From Chiloscyllium plagiosum (Eukaryota), in assembly GCF_004010195.1 (NCBI RefSeq), contig NC_057719.1:38763733-38827732 (forward strand): 64,000 nt of DNA. Direction: 5' to 3'. Within the stretch, counting starts at the first letter, position 1; every line of letters starts with the position of its first letter. Shown here piece by piece: positions 12,700-24,419 of the stretch. Below the pieces are notes generated by a model. It ran no database searches. It was given only the letters and a program-made list of their open reading frames with translations, and was not told the DNA's origin. The translations under genes were made by a program, and so were the position numbers.

Positions 12700-13062
12700 A
12701 TTTCCACCGGGTCCTGTTCACTTATCAGTACCATAGCGTCCAGTGGTTCCCAGTTATGCAATGCATTGATTTTGAAATTCTCTCATTCTTGCTTTCAGAT
12801 CCCTTCACAGTTTCCCAACCAGCCCCAACTCTGTACTCTCCAGTGCCCCAGTAACATTCTGAGATCTCTGAGCTCGTCTAATCCTGGACTCTCAAGGAAC
12901 CTTGGTTTTAAGTGCTTTGTTATGACTATGCCTTCAGCTGCTATAGCTTTAAGGCCTGGAATTTGCTAAACCTTACCTTCACCTTATTTACGCTGTTCTA
13001 AAATTTTGTTTATGACGCTCCTGAGAGGTACCTCAGGATATTTTATTATGTTAAAGCTTCTT
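12700..13062 (+). mobile_element. L2-type LINE 3' fragment
   Basis: VQWFPVMQCIDFEIL resembles the L2 ORF2 C-terminal 'LHWLPV..RIDFKIL'. Confidence 0.6.
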
Positions 13063-13064
13063 TA

Positions 13065-13363
13065 TAGAGTCATAGAGTCATACAGCATGGAATAAAATCC
13101 TTCGGTCCAACCAGTCCATGCTGAACATAATCCCAAACTAAACAAGTCCCACCTGCCTGCTATTGGCCTATATCCTCCAAACCTTTTCTATTTATGTATC
13201 CACCCAAACGGCTTTTCAACGTTGGAATTGTATCCACAATCACCACTTCCTCAGGATGTTCATTCCATACTCGAACCACCCTCTGAGTAAAAACTTTGCA
13301 TCTTAAGTCATTTTACATTCTCTCTTCTCTCACTTTAAAAATGTATCCCCTAGTCTTGAAACA
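13065..13363 (-). mobile_element. CR1 3' end
   Basis: tagagtcatagagtcat (reverse-complement tail) followed by a CR1 3'UTR. Confidence 0.85.
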
Positions 13364-14690
13364 CTTACGAAGAGCGAGAGGTGAAAAAATAGGTCCTAAG
13401 TGAATTCATGCTCCACCCTCCCCAAACCACTCAGATAGCATCTTCAACTACTCACTGAAAGTCAAACACAAAGCTCTAGATTATTAATCCAACCATACAA
13501 TTGTTGACCTCCATTGAAATGTAAGCTTTATGGTGATGCATTTCCTCAAAGCAGCTCCTGTTCCATAGCATAACTTTACCAGAAGTGTGTTGAACTCATT
13601 TCACCACAGTCCTGCAGACCTCATGTGAGCAACATGAGTACAAGGGAATTTCTAGTCTGCAACTATCTGAAAAATGTAAAATCATAAATTCCATTCTTAA
13701 AGATAAACAGAGATAGAATCAGTACTTCTAATTAAAATCTATTTTAATTCCCAGTCTTGTCACTTTTCTAAGCATGTCCTCGTTCTGTGATAGTCTTTGT
13801 TAACTGCAGAGTGCAAACATATTACTGTCCGTGAATCAAATTGCCAGTGAAGTTTTACATATTTCATGGTGCATGGGCATAAATATTTGCCTTGTCAAAC
13901 TACTCAAGAAAACTTTGGAGCAAGTGTATAAAACACCCAGACAATCTAAGCATTTTAAGATCCAACTTTATACCAGACTGGAATTATATTGCACACACTG
14001 TCAAATACTGTGAGATAGCATCCCTGGGGGGTATCACACTGCTGCGCTTTAGTGCAAACTAAGCTTTGACTCCAAAATTATGCTACCATTTTCACAGCAA
14101 TACGCAGCCAAACTATTTTTCAGTGACTTGATACTTAGTGTAAAGATCCAATTGCTAGCAGATGGAGATGGGTGTTAAAATGGGAAGAAAGCTAGGGAAA
14201 AGCAGTACCAGTGTTTGCTACAGCATTACTGCCATTTCCTGCCTCTTGCACTGTCAAAACTGTAATTGTTTGCACTAACACTCTGGTACTAAATTGGCAC
14301 TGACTTACTAAAGCCAATTAAAATGTTGTTAATGACTCACCACACTGCTGTTATTTTGCTTAAGGAAATAAATACTTCTGTGGTGCACTGTGTTCACCTA
14401 ACTGAACTGAGGTTTGCTATTGCAAGTCGCTTTCAGCAGAGAAATGCTTAAAGTGCCAAGTGCCTGATTCAGGGATGCACTGCTTGCTATTTGCAATCTT
14501 ACTTGGCTTAGCTCCAAAGGAACATAAAGAACAGTATTTATTCAATATTATTGAAGTCTCAAATAGTAAGTATGAATGAATAAATATATGAATTATAAAT
14601 TTTGCCTTTTAACAACTTCTAAAATCTATCTTTATAAACCCTATTCAAGATTAGTGCTTTTGCAATATATATATGAATGCCGAAAGTGTG

Positions 14691-15452
14691 TGTAATGGTT
14701 ATAATGAGGTCAGCCAGTAGACCTCACAGAAGATGAGTTCCCTGACTGGGGCCATTAATCTGGTCCAAACAGCGTTCCCTTGCTGACAGATATAAACAGG
14801 AGTTAGCAAGTTTTGAGAAGACTTGTATCTCAGGTTGAGGTTCTGGATGTAAGTTTGCTCGTTGAGCTGGAAGGTTTGTTTTCAGATGTTTCATCACCTT
14901 ACTGGGTAACAACATCAGTAAGCCTCCGGATGAAACACGCGTGGCATGGCCCGCTTTCTATTTATGTGTTTAGTTTTCCTTGGGTTGGTGACGTCATTTC
15001 CTGTGGTGATATCATTTCCTGTTCTTTTCCTCAGGGGGTGGTAAATGGGATCCAAGTCAATGTGTTTATTGGTAGAGTTCTAGTTGGAATGCCATGCTTC
15101 TAGGAATTCTTATGTGTGTCTCCGTTTGACTTGTCCTAGGATAGTTGTGTTGTCCCAGTCGAAGTGGTGTCCTTCCTCATCCGTATGCAAGGATACTAGT
15201 CATGACTTTTTGCGGCTAGTTGATGTTCATGTATCCTGGTGGCTAGTTTTCTGCCTGTTTGTCCAATGTAGTGTTTGTTACAGCTTTTGCAAGGTATTTT
15301 ATAAATGCACATCCACAATAAACAGGAGTGTCAGACATTCTGCTCATTGTTATGAGCTGTCTCTAAGGGAGCTGGATCAGTGTCAATGATTCTCCACGTG
15401 TAAATAAAGGATGACTTGGTGACAGGATACCTGCCTCTGTGGAGTTATTTTG
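14691..15452 (+). mobile_element. Probable solo LTR (about 235 bp) interrupted by a PLE insertion
   Basis: Starts TGTAA, has TATAAA (14791) and AATAAA (about 15403), and is flanked by gtgtg at 14686-14690 and 15453-15457. The two halves rejoin across the PLE TSD. Confidence 0.5.
14804..15317 (-). mobile_element. Penelope/Poseidon-like element 3' fragment with GIY-YIG endonuclease relic
   Basis: Minus strand reads IYKIPCKSCNKHYIGQTGRKLATRIHEH...HHFDWDNTTILGQ...EFLEAWHS. TSD ataaacaggagt at 14792-14803 and 15318-15329. Degenerate hammerhead at 14884-14918. Confidence 0.88.
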
Positions 15453-15731
15453 GTGTGCACTTTACATTCATTCTCAACTTGTGGAAGCTCCTTCATTTAT
15501 AATTGTAAGATCTTAAAATTTAGGATAAAATTTATCAAAAGATTAAAAGTACCCCATAATTTGCAATAATGGTTGAAATGACTATGGTTGCTTCAAATCA
15601 ACTGTTTTAAACTTAAAGAGAATGGGCATGGTTAACAGATTGAGTTATACATTTCTGCAGTTACCAGTGAAGGAGGAGTTAAAAGTGATTATGCTCTGAT
15701 TAATTGTTACACTTAATTGTTGTACCATAGC

Positions 15732-16052
15732 GGTGGCATGGTGGGTGGCACGGTGGCACAGTGGTTAGCACTGCTGCCTCACAGCATCAGAGACCTAGGT
15801 TCAATTCCTGCCTCAGGCGACTCTGTGTGGAGTTTGCACATTCTCCCTGTGTCTGCGTGGGTTTCCTCCGGGTGCTCCGGTTTCCTCCCACAGTCCAAAA
15901 ATGTGCAGGTGAGGTGAATTGGCCATGCTAAATTGCCCATAGTGTTAGATGAAGGGGTAAATGTAGGGGAATGGGTCTGGGTGTGTTGCGGGTCGGTGTG
16001 GACTTGTTGGGCCGAAGGGCTTGTTTCCACACTGCAAGTAATCTAATCTAAT
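15732..16052 (+). mobile_element. tRNA-derived V-SINE (HE1-like)
   Basis: A box tggcacagtgg, B box ggttcaattcc, V-domain tgtggagtttgcacattctcc...ggtttcctccgggtgctccggtttcctcccaca, CR1-like tail (taatc)n. Confidence 0.9.
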
Positions 16053-16377
16053 AGCATAGAAAACACTTATTTATATTATTAATGTATATTATATTTCCCA
16101 GAATAGCTTGTCAATTCAATGTGTCCATGCTCATGGAAGTTTGTAAATATTAATGGCAATTTATATCTCACTTCCACACTACTTTTAGATTAAGAAGGAT
16201 GATAGTGGGATGGAAAATGAAAAATTAAATTCATCTGATATGCTGCTGAAGGTCCAACTTTTGATCAGAGCTCCATTGGATACAGGTGGGTCAAACCACC
16301 TTGTCAGGACCACAACTCTGTTTTGACTGCACCTAAATGGCCATTATTAGTTCCCCTAATCATTATATTCCTTGTGT

Positions 16378-16576
16378 CGAAAAGTGTGGCACTGGAAAAG
16401 CAAAGCAGGTCAAGCAGTATCTGAGCAGCAGGAGAGTTGGCATTCCTGATGAAAGGCTTACACCTGAAATGTCTGCTCTCCTGCTCCTTGGATGCTGCCT
16501 AACCTGCTGTGCTTTTTCAGTGCCACACTTTTCGACTCTGACTCTCCAGCATCTGCAGTCCTCACTGTCTCTCGAC
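16378..16576 (+). mobile_element. Hairpin mini-element (same pseudo-LTR family as A/B, different junction)
   Basis: Inverted arms; TSD attccttgtgt at 16367-16377 and 16577-16587. Degenerate core CTGATGA(16446)-A-AGGC ttac ACCT-GAAA-TGTC. Confidence 0.8.
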
Positions 16577-17409
16577 ATTCCTTGTGTAGCAGATATCAGA
16601 AAGCTGCAATAATCTGGGAACACAAACAAATACAATCCTTTGTATTTTGAGCATTAAGATTTTCTATGTCAACTGCTTGCTACTGTGGATGCTGCAGAAA
16701 TATGCCTACTACTCAAAGCTACTCCATGTCATTCATTACCCCTTCAAGGTGCTTCTGTAAGTTCATTTTAATAGGCTGGCTCTCTTAATTTTCTATTCTC
16801 ACATGAGTAAACTGTCCATGAGAAATGCTATTACTGCTAGCACCTCCCTCATTGAGTTTCAATGAGGACCAAAGTGCAAATTGATTGGACTTTCACCCAT
16901 ATCATTGACCAAGTGGAACACTCACTACTATTGTTGCACAGTGAAAATGACAATCAACCCACCAATGACTTGTTATGTTTGCAAGTGGTCTTGTTGGTGA
17001 AATAAATATTAGGTGCAGAATGAATATGATGTTCTTCAGATTCTATGTGGATCCATCTGAGCAATACTTGCCTGGAGGTTAAATCCGTCATCTCTCTCTA
17101 ATGAGACAGCAGTGTCTTATTCCTCTGGGACTATGGCATCTTTACCTTTATTCCAGAATTTGCATTGTCTAGGATTTTTGTGGTCTTCTATTGAACTATA
17201 AATTTCATAAAGCTTCTACAAGACATTCAAATGTTAACATGTTTTCTAATAATTTCAGCCAGCCATACTACAACTTTCCAATCTTAATATTAGTGAGTAT
17301 ATATAATTAGAATACTTTCATCCTTTAATTTTCTCCAGTTTACAGTCTCTTAGATGTGAAATTGATACTTCCTGTGTTGCTTTCAGATTGTTTAATTCAT
17401 TCACAATAG

Positions 17410-18050
17410 GTGAATTTCAGGTTGGTCAGGTTGGTTTGCGACTTGGAGCTGTGTTGAAGGTATTAGCAGGAGCATGCTGCCCTTATCATCATGGGTGATA
17501 AAACTTGTAGGTTTGGAAAGGGGCTATTCAAAGAAACCTTGGTGAGTTCTGCAAATGACTCTTGTACACACTGCAACCTCAGCAATTCTATGGAGGAGAG
17601 AGAAACTGTTGAATGTGATGAATGAGCTCGCAATCAAGTAGTCTGTTTGAGCTTTGAGTGTTGTTGGAGCTGCACCCACCCTAACCAGAGTAACATTCCA
17701 TCACACTCCTGTCTAATGCATTATATTGGGAAGGCATTGGAGAGATAGGAGATACATTACTCAACACAGAATTCTCAGCCTCCTGTAAGTTTCAGTATTT
17801 ATATGACTGGTTCAGTTCTGGTAAAAGGTAACTTACTGCTCATGAGAAATTAGTAACGGTAAAAGGTATTGATCGTCAATGTGAAGTAGTTAGGCGTACG
17901 TACACTTGTTGAAAGTGGTTATTGCCCTGGCATCATTGTCAGTTGCCAGCTATCACCTCAAGCCTAAACATAAGTCCGGATCTTGCTGCATGCGGTCTCA
18001 GACTGCTTCATTATCTGAGGAGTGTGGTGAGTATAACTGAGCACTGCATT
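17410..18050 (-). mobile_element. Very old LINE fragment
   Basis: Patchy similarity to 29340-29710 and 30400-30580 (ttccatca...aattctcagcc...gtcttgctgca). Confidence 0.45.
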
Positions 18051-19279
18051 GGCCAGGTTTCCGGCATTAACAACGATGCCAACACATGCTGAAGTAATAG
18101 TCCCAGCGGAAAACACAGCTGCATGTCCTTGAAACAATGTTACCATTAACAACAAAATAAAAATGAGACATGAGCAATATTCGAATCCCATCGTTTAAAG
18201 ACGGCAACCTACCTTCGCTCTGACGAAAACTTCAGTTCTTTGATGTATCTCCCCGATCTTGAACATTAAACGTCTCACCCTTGTTTGAAACACTATTGCC
18301 GGTCTTTCGGAAAGGTAACCATCCAGAACTGGACTGGGCCAGGGGTCCGGGTTCAAGCCCTACCTGTCCCAGAGGTGTCTAGAATTGAAAACGGTTACCT
18401 AGGATTTCATGAAGATAATCTGGATGGTACAGCACAAAACTGAAAATAATCCCTTGTGTTTACCTTGGCTGTGTTCATGCACAAAGATCCCATTTTTACG
18501 TTACCAATCTCCTCATGAAATCTGGGATATATAAATGCGTTTTTGAAAAAAAAATGCAATGCAATCACTTCGGTCTGAAACACAATTTATATCTCGCCAC
18601 TTTCATTTGTTTTAATTTAGTCTTACAGGAATCTGATCAGTTCATATTTCTGTGGGAATTCGCGCTGACATGCTGGTGTTAGTTAAATAATGACATGATG
18701 AATGTTACTCTCAAATTGATTTCCTCGCTGTGCCGGTTTAATCCTTAAAGTTGTGAATATTTTAAACTTTAAAAAGGGCAAATCTGGAGAGATGTGCAAT
18801 GAAACGTCACAACCGGCGCTCTCGATTGAGATTTTAACCTCTTCAGAGACCGGAGGGATTTCTGTTTGGTTTCTGAGGAGAGATGTCATTGTGGCTTTAT
18901 TGGACGGATCATTTATAAAAACCAAAGCCACTGCAAGGAGCATACCGGGAAACAAGACATGGCCGGAGCTTAATCAGAACCCCTTTTTCTAGTCAGTAGA
19001 ACAGGCAGCTGTGTTTAAATATCAGACAGGACTGTTTGTCAGAAAGTAGCTGATCATATATTAACGTCATCGAAAACTTCAGAGTGCTGCTGCGGCCCAT
19101 CTCCTAGATACATAATTGGTTTTCAATTTTACATTAAAGCAAGGTGCACCCGATTTTGAATAAGAGGGATGCAAAATCCTTTCAAACAACTCGTTGCTAG
19201 ATAATTAAAACACGACCAAGAATGTGTGTGTATTTATAGCGTGTCCATCATTTGATTGTGATTTTTAGAGAGCAGACAA

Positions 19280-19620
19280 GCTGGGTTTTTTTCTCCCCCC
19301 TTTTGTCTGTCTCTCCGCACCATACATGGTATAGACAGCCCTCTGCCTACAGTCTGCTCCCAGCACATTGCTGGGTGGGAGCTGCTTTGCTGACCGACTC
19401 GCACTGACTCCAGTGGTGTTTCTGTCTCTGCTCATGCCTGCACACTGATGATGTGGATGTGCTGAGAAAGCCTCCCTCTTTCTCTCTCTCTCTCTCTCTC
19501 TCACCCTGTGGCTGCCTGGACAATTGCTTGTCGTTATTATTGGGGCGCCTGACACTCGCCAGGTCCTGTCAGTGGCAGTCGCCTGCAGCTACTATAAAGC
19601 TGTCACCCCTCAAAAAACGG
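19280..19620 (+). promoter_or_regulatory. Putative promoter of the LBH-family gene
   Basis: Lies in a repeat-free, relatively CpG-rich zone (about 18200-21200). TATAAA at 19593-19598, about 130 nt upstream of a strong donor site; (CT)n at about 19480-19502. Confidence 0.5.
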
Positions 19621-19729
19621 AGACTTGTTCGGCACAAATCCAGCTCCAACAAACAAGCACACCACATACCTCCGATACCAGAACAGGCGCAAACTGCGTG
19701 CATCCCCCAGGTGTATTTATTCTCTGAAG
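19620..19729 (+). other. lbhd2: Putative non-coding exon 1 of the LBH-family gene (start approximate)
   Basis: Strong donor AAG|GTAAGA at 19729/19730. Splicing to 20446 gives TGA-AGA-ATG, an in-frame stop just before the ATG, with A at -3. Confidence 0.55.
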
Positions 19730-20446
19730 GTAAGAATCGTGCCGGTGTTTTTCACTGCTTGTCCCCATCGCGTTGCACTGTCTCCACCAGCAATGGGGTG
19801 TGGAGCAGGAGGATTACCGGGCGCCAGGAGGCCCTTTTAAAGGTAAACATTTTGCTTTCTTCTCACCACCATCGGGTACAAAACAAACCACTGACTGATC
19901 GGAATCGACGGGCAGCTTCCTGGCTGTTAGAATGGCGACAAACTGCCGCCCGGCGTCATTTCAAAGCGAGCATCGACACCAGCCATCAGGGAGTATGTAG
20001 TTTGGGAAAAGCGTTTTATTTCGGGCAGATGTGTGTACCGCCGAGGTTTGGCCTTTTGTTGGAATGTATGGGGTGGGTTTAATCCGGGGAGGGAGAAGGA
20101 AGCTGGTGAAGATGTCTGAGGGGCTCCAGGCTCTCTCCACAATGTCCTCACCTTGTTCAGGAGCAGTGTCTCGCATGGAACCCACCCGGCTGGCTTCCTG
20201 ACTAAAGGACAGCGTTCCTCACCCCTGGTTTTCACCAGCTATTGATGGAGCACTTTGGGGCAATGTTTGTATGGTTTGTTTTTAAAGAAATGTTTATTGG
20301 GTAACTTCCTTTATCATTTGAAAGCCCCCCCCATTGCAGCCACGTTAATCGGCGGCTTAATGAACATTGCCAATGGAATGAAGGCGGACTCAGGGAAGGA
20401 GCTGGATGAAGCTAACTCGGTCCGTGCTCTCTGTCTGTCTTTCAGA

Positions 20447-20533
20447 ATGACGGAAGTGATGAGCAGCTGTGAGCCTGTAATGGAGGATTTTACTTTAAAC
20501 CAGACACCAGAAGAGGGAAAACTCCCCTTTCAG
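20447..20533 (+). CDS. lbhd2: LBH-family protein (LBHD2/lbh-like), coding exon 1: MTEVMSSCEPVMEDFTLNQTPEEGKLPFQ
   Basis: Acceptor ctgtctttcag|A ATG; LBH-family MTEVM start; phase-0 donor CAG|GT at 20534, the same Q|IFPDP junction as in LBH. Confidence 0.88.
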
Positions 20534-20537
20534 GTAC

Positions 20538-20556
20538 TGTGTGTGTGTGTGTGTGT
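20538..20556 (+). repeat. (TG)9 microsatellite next to the 5' splice site
   Basis: cag|gtac tgtgtgtgtgtgtgtgtgt. Confidence 0.95.
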
Positions 20557-22809
20557 CTGAGGGAACAGGGCGATCAGTAAATATAACATTCTTTTAACTT
20601 TACATTGCTTCTCCCGATTTCCCACTCTCCCGTTCTACACAGCGGCTTGTATAGCAGCTAGCGAAGTGTCGGCTGGTTGCTAGCACACGCAGCTAATCGC
20701 CTCTGCTCCTCGTTGAGTTTATTTTTGCTCTTGTCACCAGACAAATTGTGCGAAGATTCATTTTAGCAGCGTACATTTTATCGCTGCACTGTAGGTGTAT
20801 GAAACAAAGAATGACAACTTTCTCATCTGTAAACGGGAACTATATTTGGCCTGAATGTTTGACATCTTCCTCGTGATAAAGGGGAATACTGACACACTTG
20901 TTACCGATGGCCGTTTTCGGTTCTGCCCAGAACCAGGCAGCAAAGCTCAGCTCTACAACTTCACTGGAGGTTACTCACCAACCAGGCAAGATTGAATGGC
21001 TTCAGTCATTAAATGAATCAGAAAGCTGGGGGCGTTAAGAGAGCCACGCGTTCGATATGTCAAAGGCAGCAGCGAGGTCAAGGAGAGATGATGCACAATA
21101 GTTACAGTCACGGAGAAGGCGATTTCTGCCTTTCAGGCTGGGATGCCTATTTTGGAGCGAGCAGGAGGGTTGAGAACTCTGTTGGAGTGATTCAAACAGG
21201 GAATGTGGGAGAGGTTTGCTGCAGTCCAGGAGCTGATAACACAATCTAGGATCCCAGAGCACAAGGGCAAGTTGAAGGTTTGTTTAGTGACAAGCAAAGC
21301 GAGGAAGTTTCTTTTTTAATTATGAGTAGGGGTGGTGACAATTTAAAAAAAAATAGATGAACAGTGCTCAAAGAGGAAACAATTTACATAATCAAAAGGC
21401 AGGCCATGAAGAGTAGTTGGTGTGACTAGGAATTGAGTGCAAATGGGAATTAGGTATCATGGGTGAAATGAAATTGGAGAAGACACCAGAGAGGACTTGT
21501 ATACAAATTAGATAGACACCAGGGATCAAAACTGGGCTGGTGATGAGACAGAGGGGATTAAGCTCAGTGAGGAGGGCGGGTGGGTAGAGGAAGGAGCAGA
21601 TGGTCTCTCCCAGTGATGTAGAAGTCCATTAAAGTCATGCATCTGTTGGAGCAAGGATGAATTTAAGAAAGTGACTGGTACCTGTATTAGGGATAGGGAG
21701 TTTTAAATTACCTTTCCTTATTGGAATGATTATTGACTAATGCTTTAATTGGTAAAGTTAAATATAATCAAGAAAAATCTGACAATGAAGGCTATGTGAG
21801 ACAAACTGGATCTACAAGATGATGGTGAATGTTTTCTTGGAACAAGGGCATTAACTGTGAACTTAAGGGAACAGTTGAGAACATCAACTATATTGGCCAT
21901 GTCCATAATGGCATATGGGAGGGCAAAGACAAACAGCTTTCAGTGTGCAAGAACAGTTTTCAATAAGGTTGTAAAGAACATGCTGAGGGCAGAAGGGAGA
22001 TTATAATTTAGGGAATGGCACTCACTTGTTTTTAATCTAAGCTACTGAGAAGACCACACAGTGTATTTTATCTTTGTTCAGTGTAGAACTCACATTTGTG
22101 CCCCATAGACATACATATATCTTATAGAAGTCTAATGAGTTTGGGCATAGATTGAAAAGACACCAGCCTTACCCACCCCAAGATTGCATGGCGACTGTTG
22201 GAATTTAACTAATTAAAGCTACGCAGCGTACAAGCACTGAGCACTGGTCAAGTCGGAAACGCAAACTAGTCTAAATCTGCTGAACATTCTTTTCTATTAC
22301 ATAACAAAATGTTTTACGGTAAGATCCATGGTTGTGGTCTGGTCACCAATCTTCCATATACAGATATAGTCTATGTTTAGGCTTTTTATTGATCACCAGT
22401 AATCTAGCTATTTTTCTCTTCAATAAGGATGGAACTTAAATTTTTATAAATATCTGCATTTGGTGTAAAAGTGCATTAAAATAGCAATATAGAGCTTGTA
22501 CAAATGTCAAAAGAGCTTTCTCCATTCTCTTCAATTCCTTTACTACAGAGTGAAGAAAAATTGGAATGATGCATTTCATGCTTCTGAGTGGTCAAAGGTT
22601 AGAGCAGGTCAGCACTGGTTGTTTCAACTGTAAAAAGTAGATAGCCTGACAAGACCCTGTATGTGGACAAAACTAGAGGAGAAGCATAGATTACATATCC
22701 TTATTAAAAACAATCAGTTTGAATGTATTAATTAATTTATTTTTGGATGAAAATTTTAAAAGTAAAAGAAAGGAAAGTATTGATGGTAAATAATAGTTTA
22801 TGTTTATAA

Positions 22810-23061
<252 letters not shown>

Positions 23062-23608
23062 TAAGAGTAAATAATACCAAAAAATGCCACACATGAGAAT
23101 TGTTCTGCTGACCTGAATGAAGAAGCCATGCTTCCATGCATCTGTATAAATTTTGTTCTTAAATTAGGTTTCAAGGTGTACCTTTCTTTTCAATTTGAAA
23201 GTACATGCGCTAATGACTTTCTCAGTTATTGCTTCAAGTAAAGGTATCCTATAAACCTAAAATACAAAGGCGTATTTAATCATTTCAATTGTCATTATCA
23301 GAAACTGCAAGTAGTGAGGGCTTTAAACTGAGCAAGAACTTGAGAGGTTGGAGATATGAGGAACAAAGTGTGGATAAACAAAGACACATGGGTTAAAGTT
23401 AAGGAAGCAAAATATTATTGTGGAAAATGTTATTGTGGAAAATAAAAGTCAGAGAATGGCAAGAAGAGGCAGAGAGAAAAATAATGTAAAAATATGCCAG
23501 CGGTCTAGACTGGGTGCTATAAAGATAATAAAAATTGAAAGGCTCTATATTTAAATTCCCATGATGGTCATAACAAAGTAAATGAATTGATAGTATACAA
23601 TGAACTAG

Positions 23609-24296
23609 ACTCATAGAGATGTACAGCACGGAAACAGACCCTTCAATCCAACTAGTCCATCCAACCAGATATCCCAACCCAGTCTAGTCCCACCTGCCAG
23701 CACCCAGCCCATATCTCTCCAAACCCTTCCTATTCATATACCCATCCAGATGTCTTTTAAATATTGCAATTGTACCAGGCTCCACCACTTCCCCTGGCAG
23801 CTCATTCCATACACATATCACCTTCTGAGTGAAAAAGTTGTCCCTAAAGTCTCTTTTATATCTTTCCTCTCTCACCCTGAACCTATGCCCTGTAGTTCTG
23901 GACTCCCCGATCCCAGGGAAAAGACTTTGTCTATCCATCATATCCATGCCTCTCATTATTTTATAAACCTCTATTAGGTCATCCCTCAGCCTCCGATGCT
24001 CCAGGGAAAATAGCCCTAGCCTATTCAACCTCTCCCGACAGCTCAAATCCTCCAACCCTGGCAACATCCTTGTAAATCTTTTCTGAACCCTTTCAAGTTT
24101 CACAATATCTTTTCAATAGGAAGGAGACCAGAATTGCAAGCAATATTCCAACAGTGGCCTAACCAACATCCTGTACAGCCGCAACATGACCTCCCAACTC
24201 CTGTACTCAATACTCTGACCAATAAACAAAAGCATACCAAACGCCTTCACAATCCTATCTATCTGTGACTCCACTTCAAAGAGCTGTGAACCTGCA
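23609..24296 (-). mobile_element. CR1/HER1 3' fragment (intronic)
   Basis: LERVQKRFTRMLPGL...WNELP...RHLD. Confidence 0.92.
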
Positions 24297-24419
24297 TTAT
24301 GTTCTTTCAACCTTTTCAAGGACATGGCTGCAGGATGAGAAGGTTTGGGTTTTGAATACTGAGGGATGCACGACTTTAACAAAGAATAGAAAGCAAGGTA
24401 AAAGCAGAGGGTAAGCCCT

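Noticed and set aside
15732..15815. tRNA gene (also at 47098 and 48732)
   Set aside because: These are the tRNA-derived heads of V-SINEs and run directly into the SINE body.
19453..20082. 209-aa ORF
   Set aside because: Non-ATG start, runs through a CT microsatellite, the putative promoter, exon 1 and an intron, and has no recognisable motif; likely a chance ORF in GC-richer DNA.
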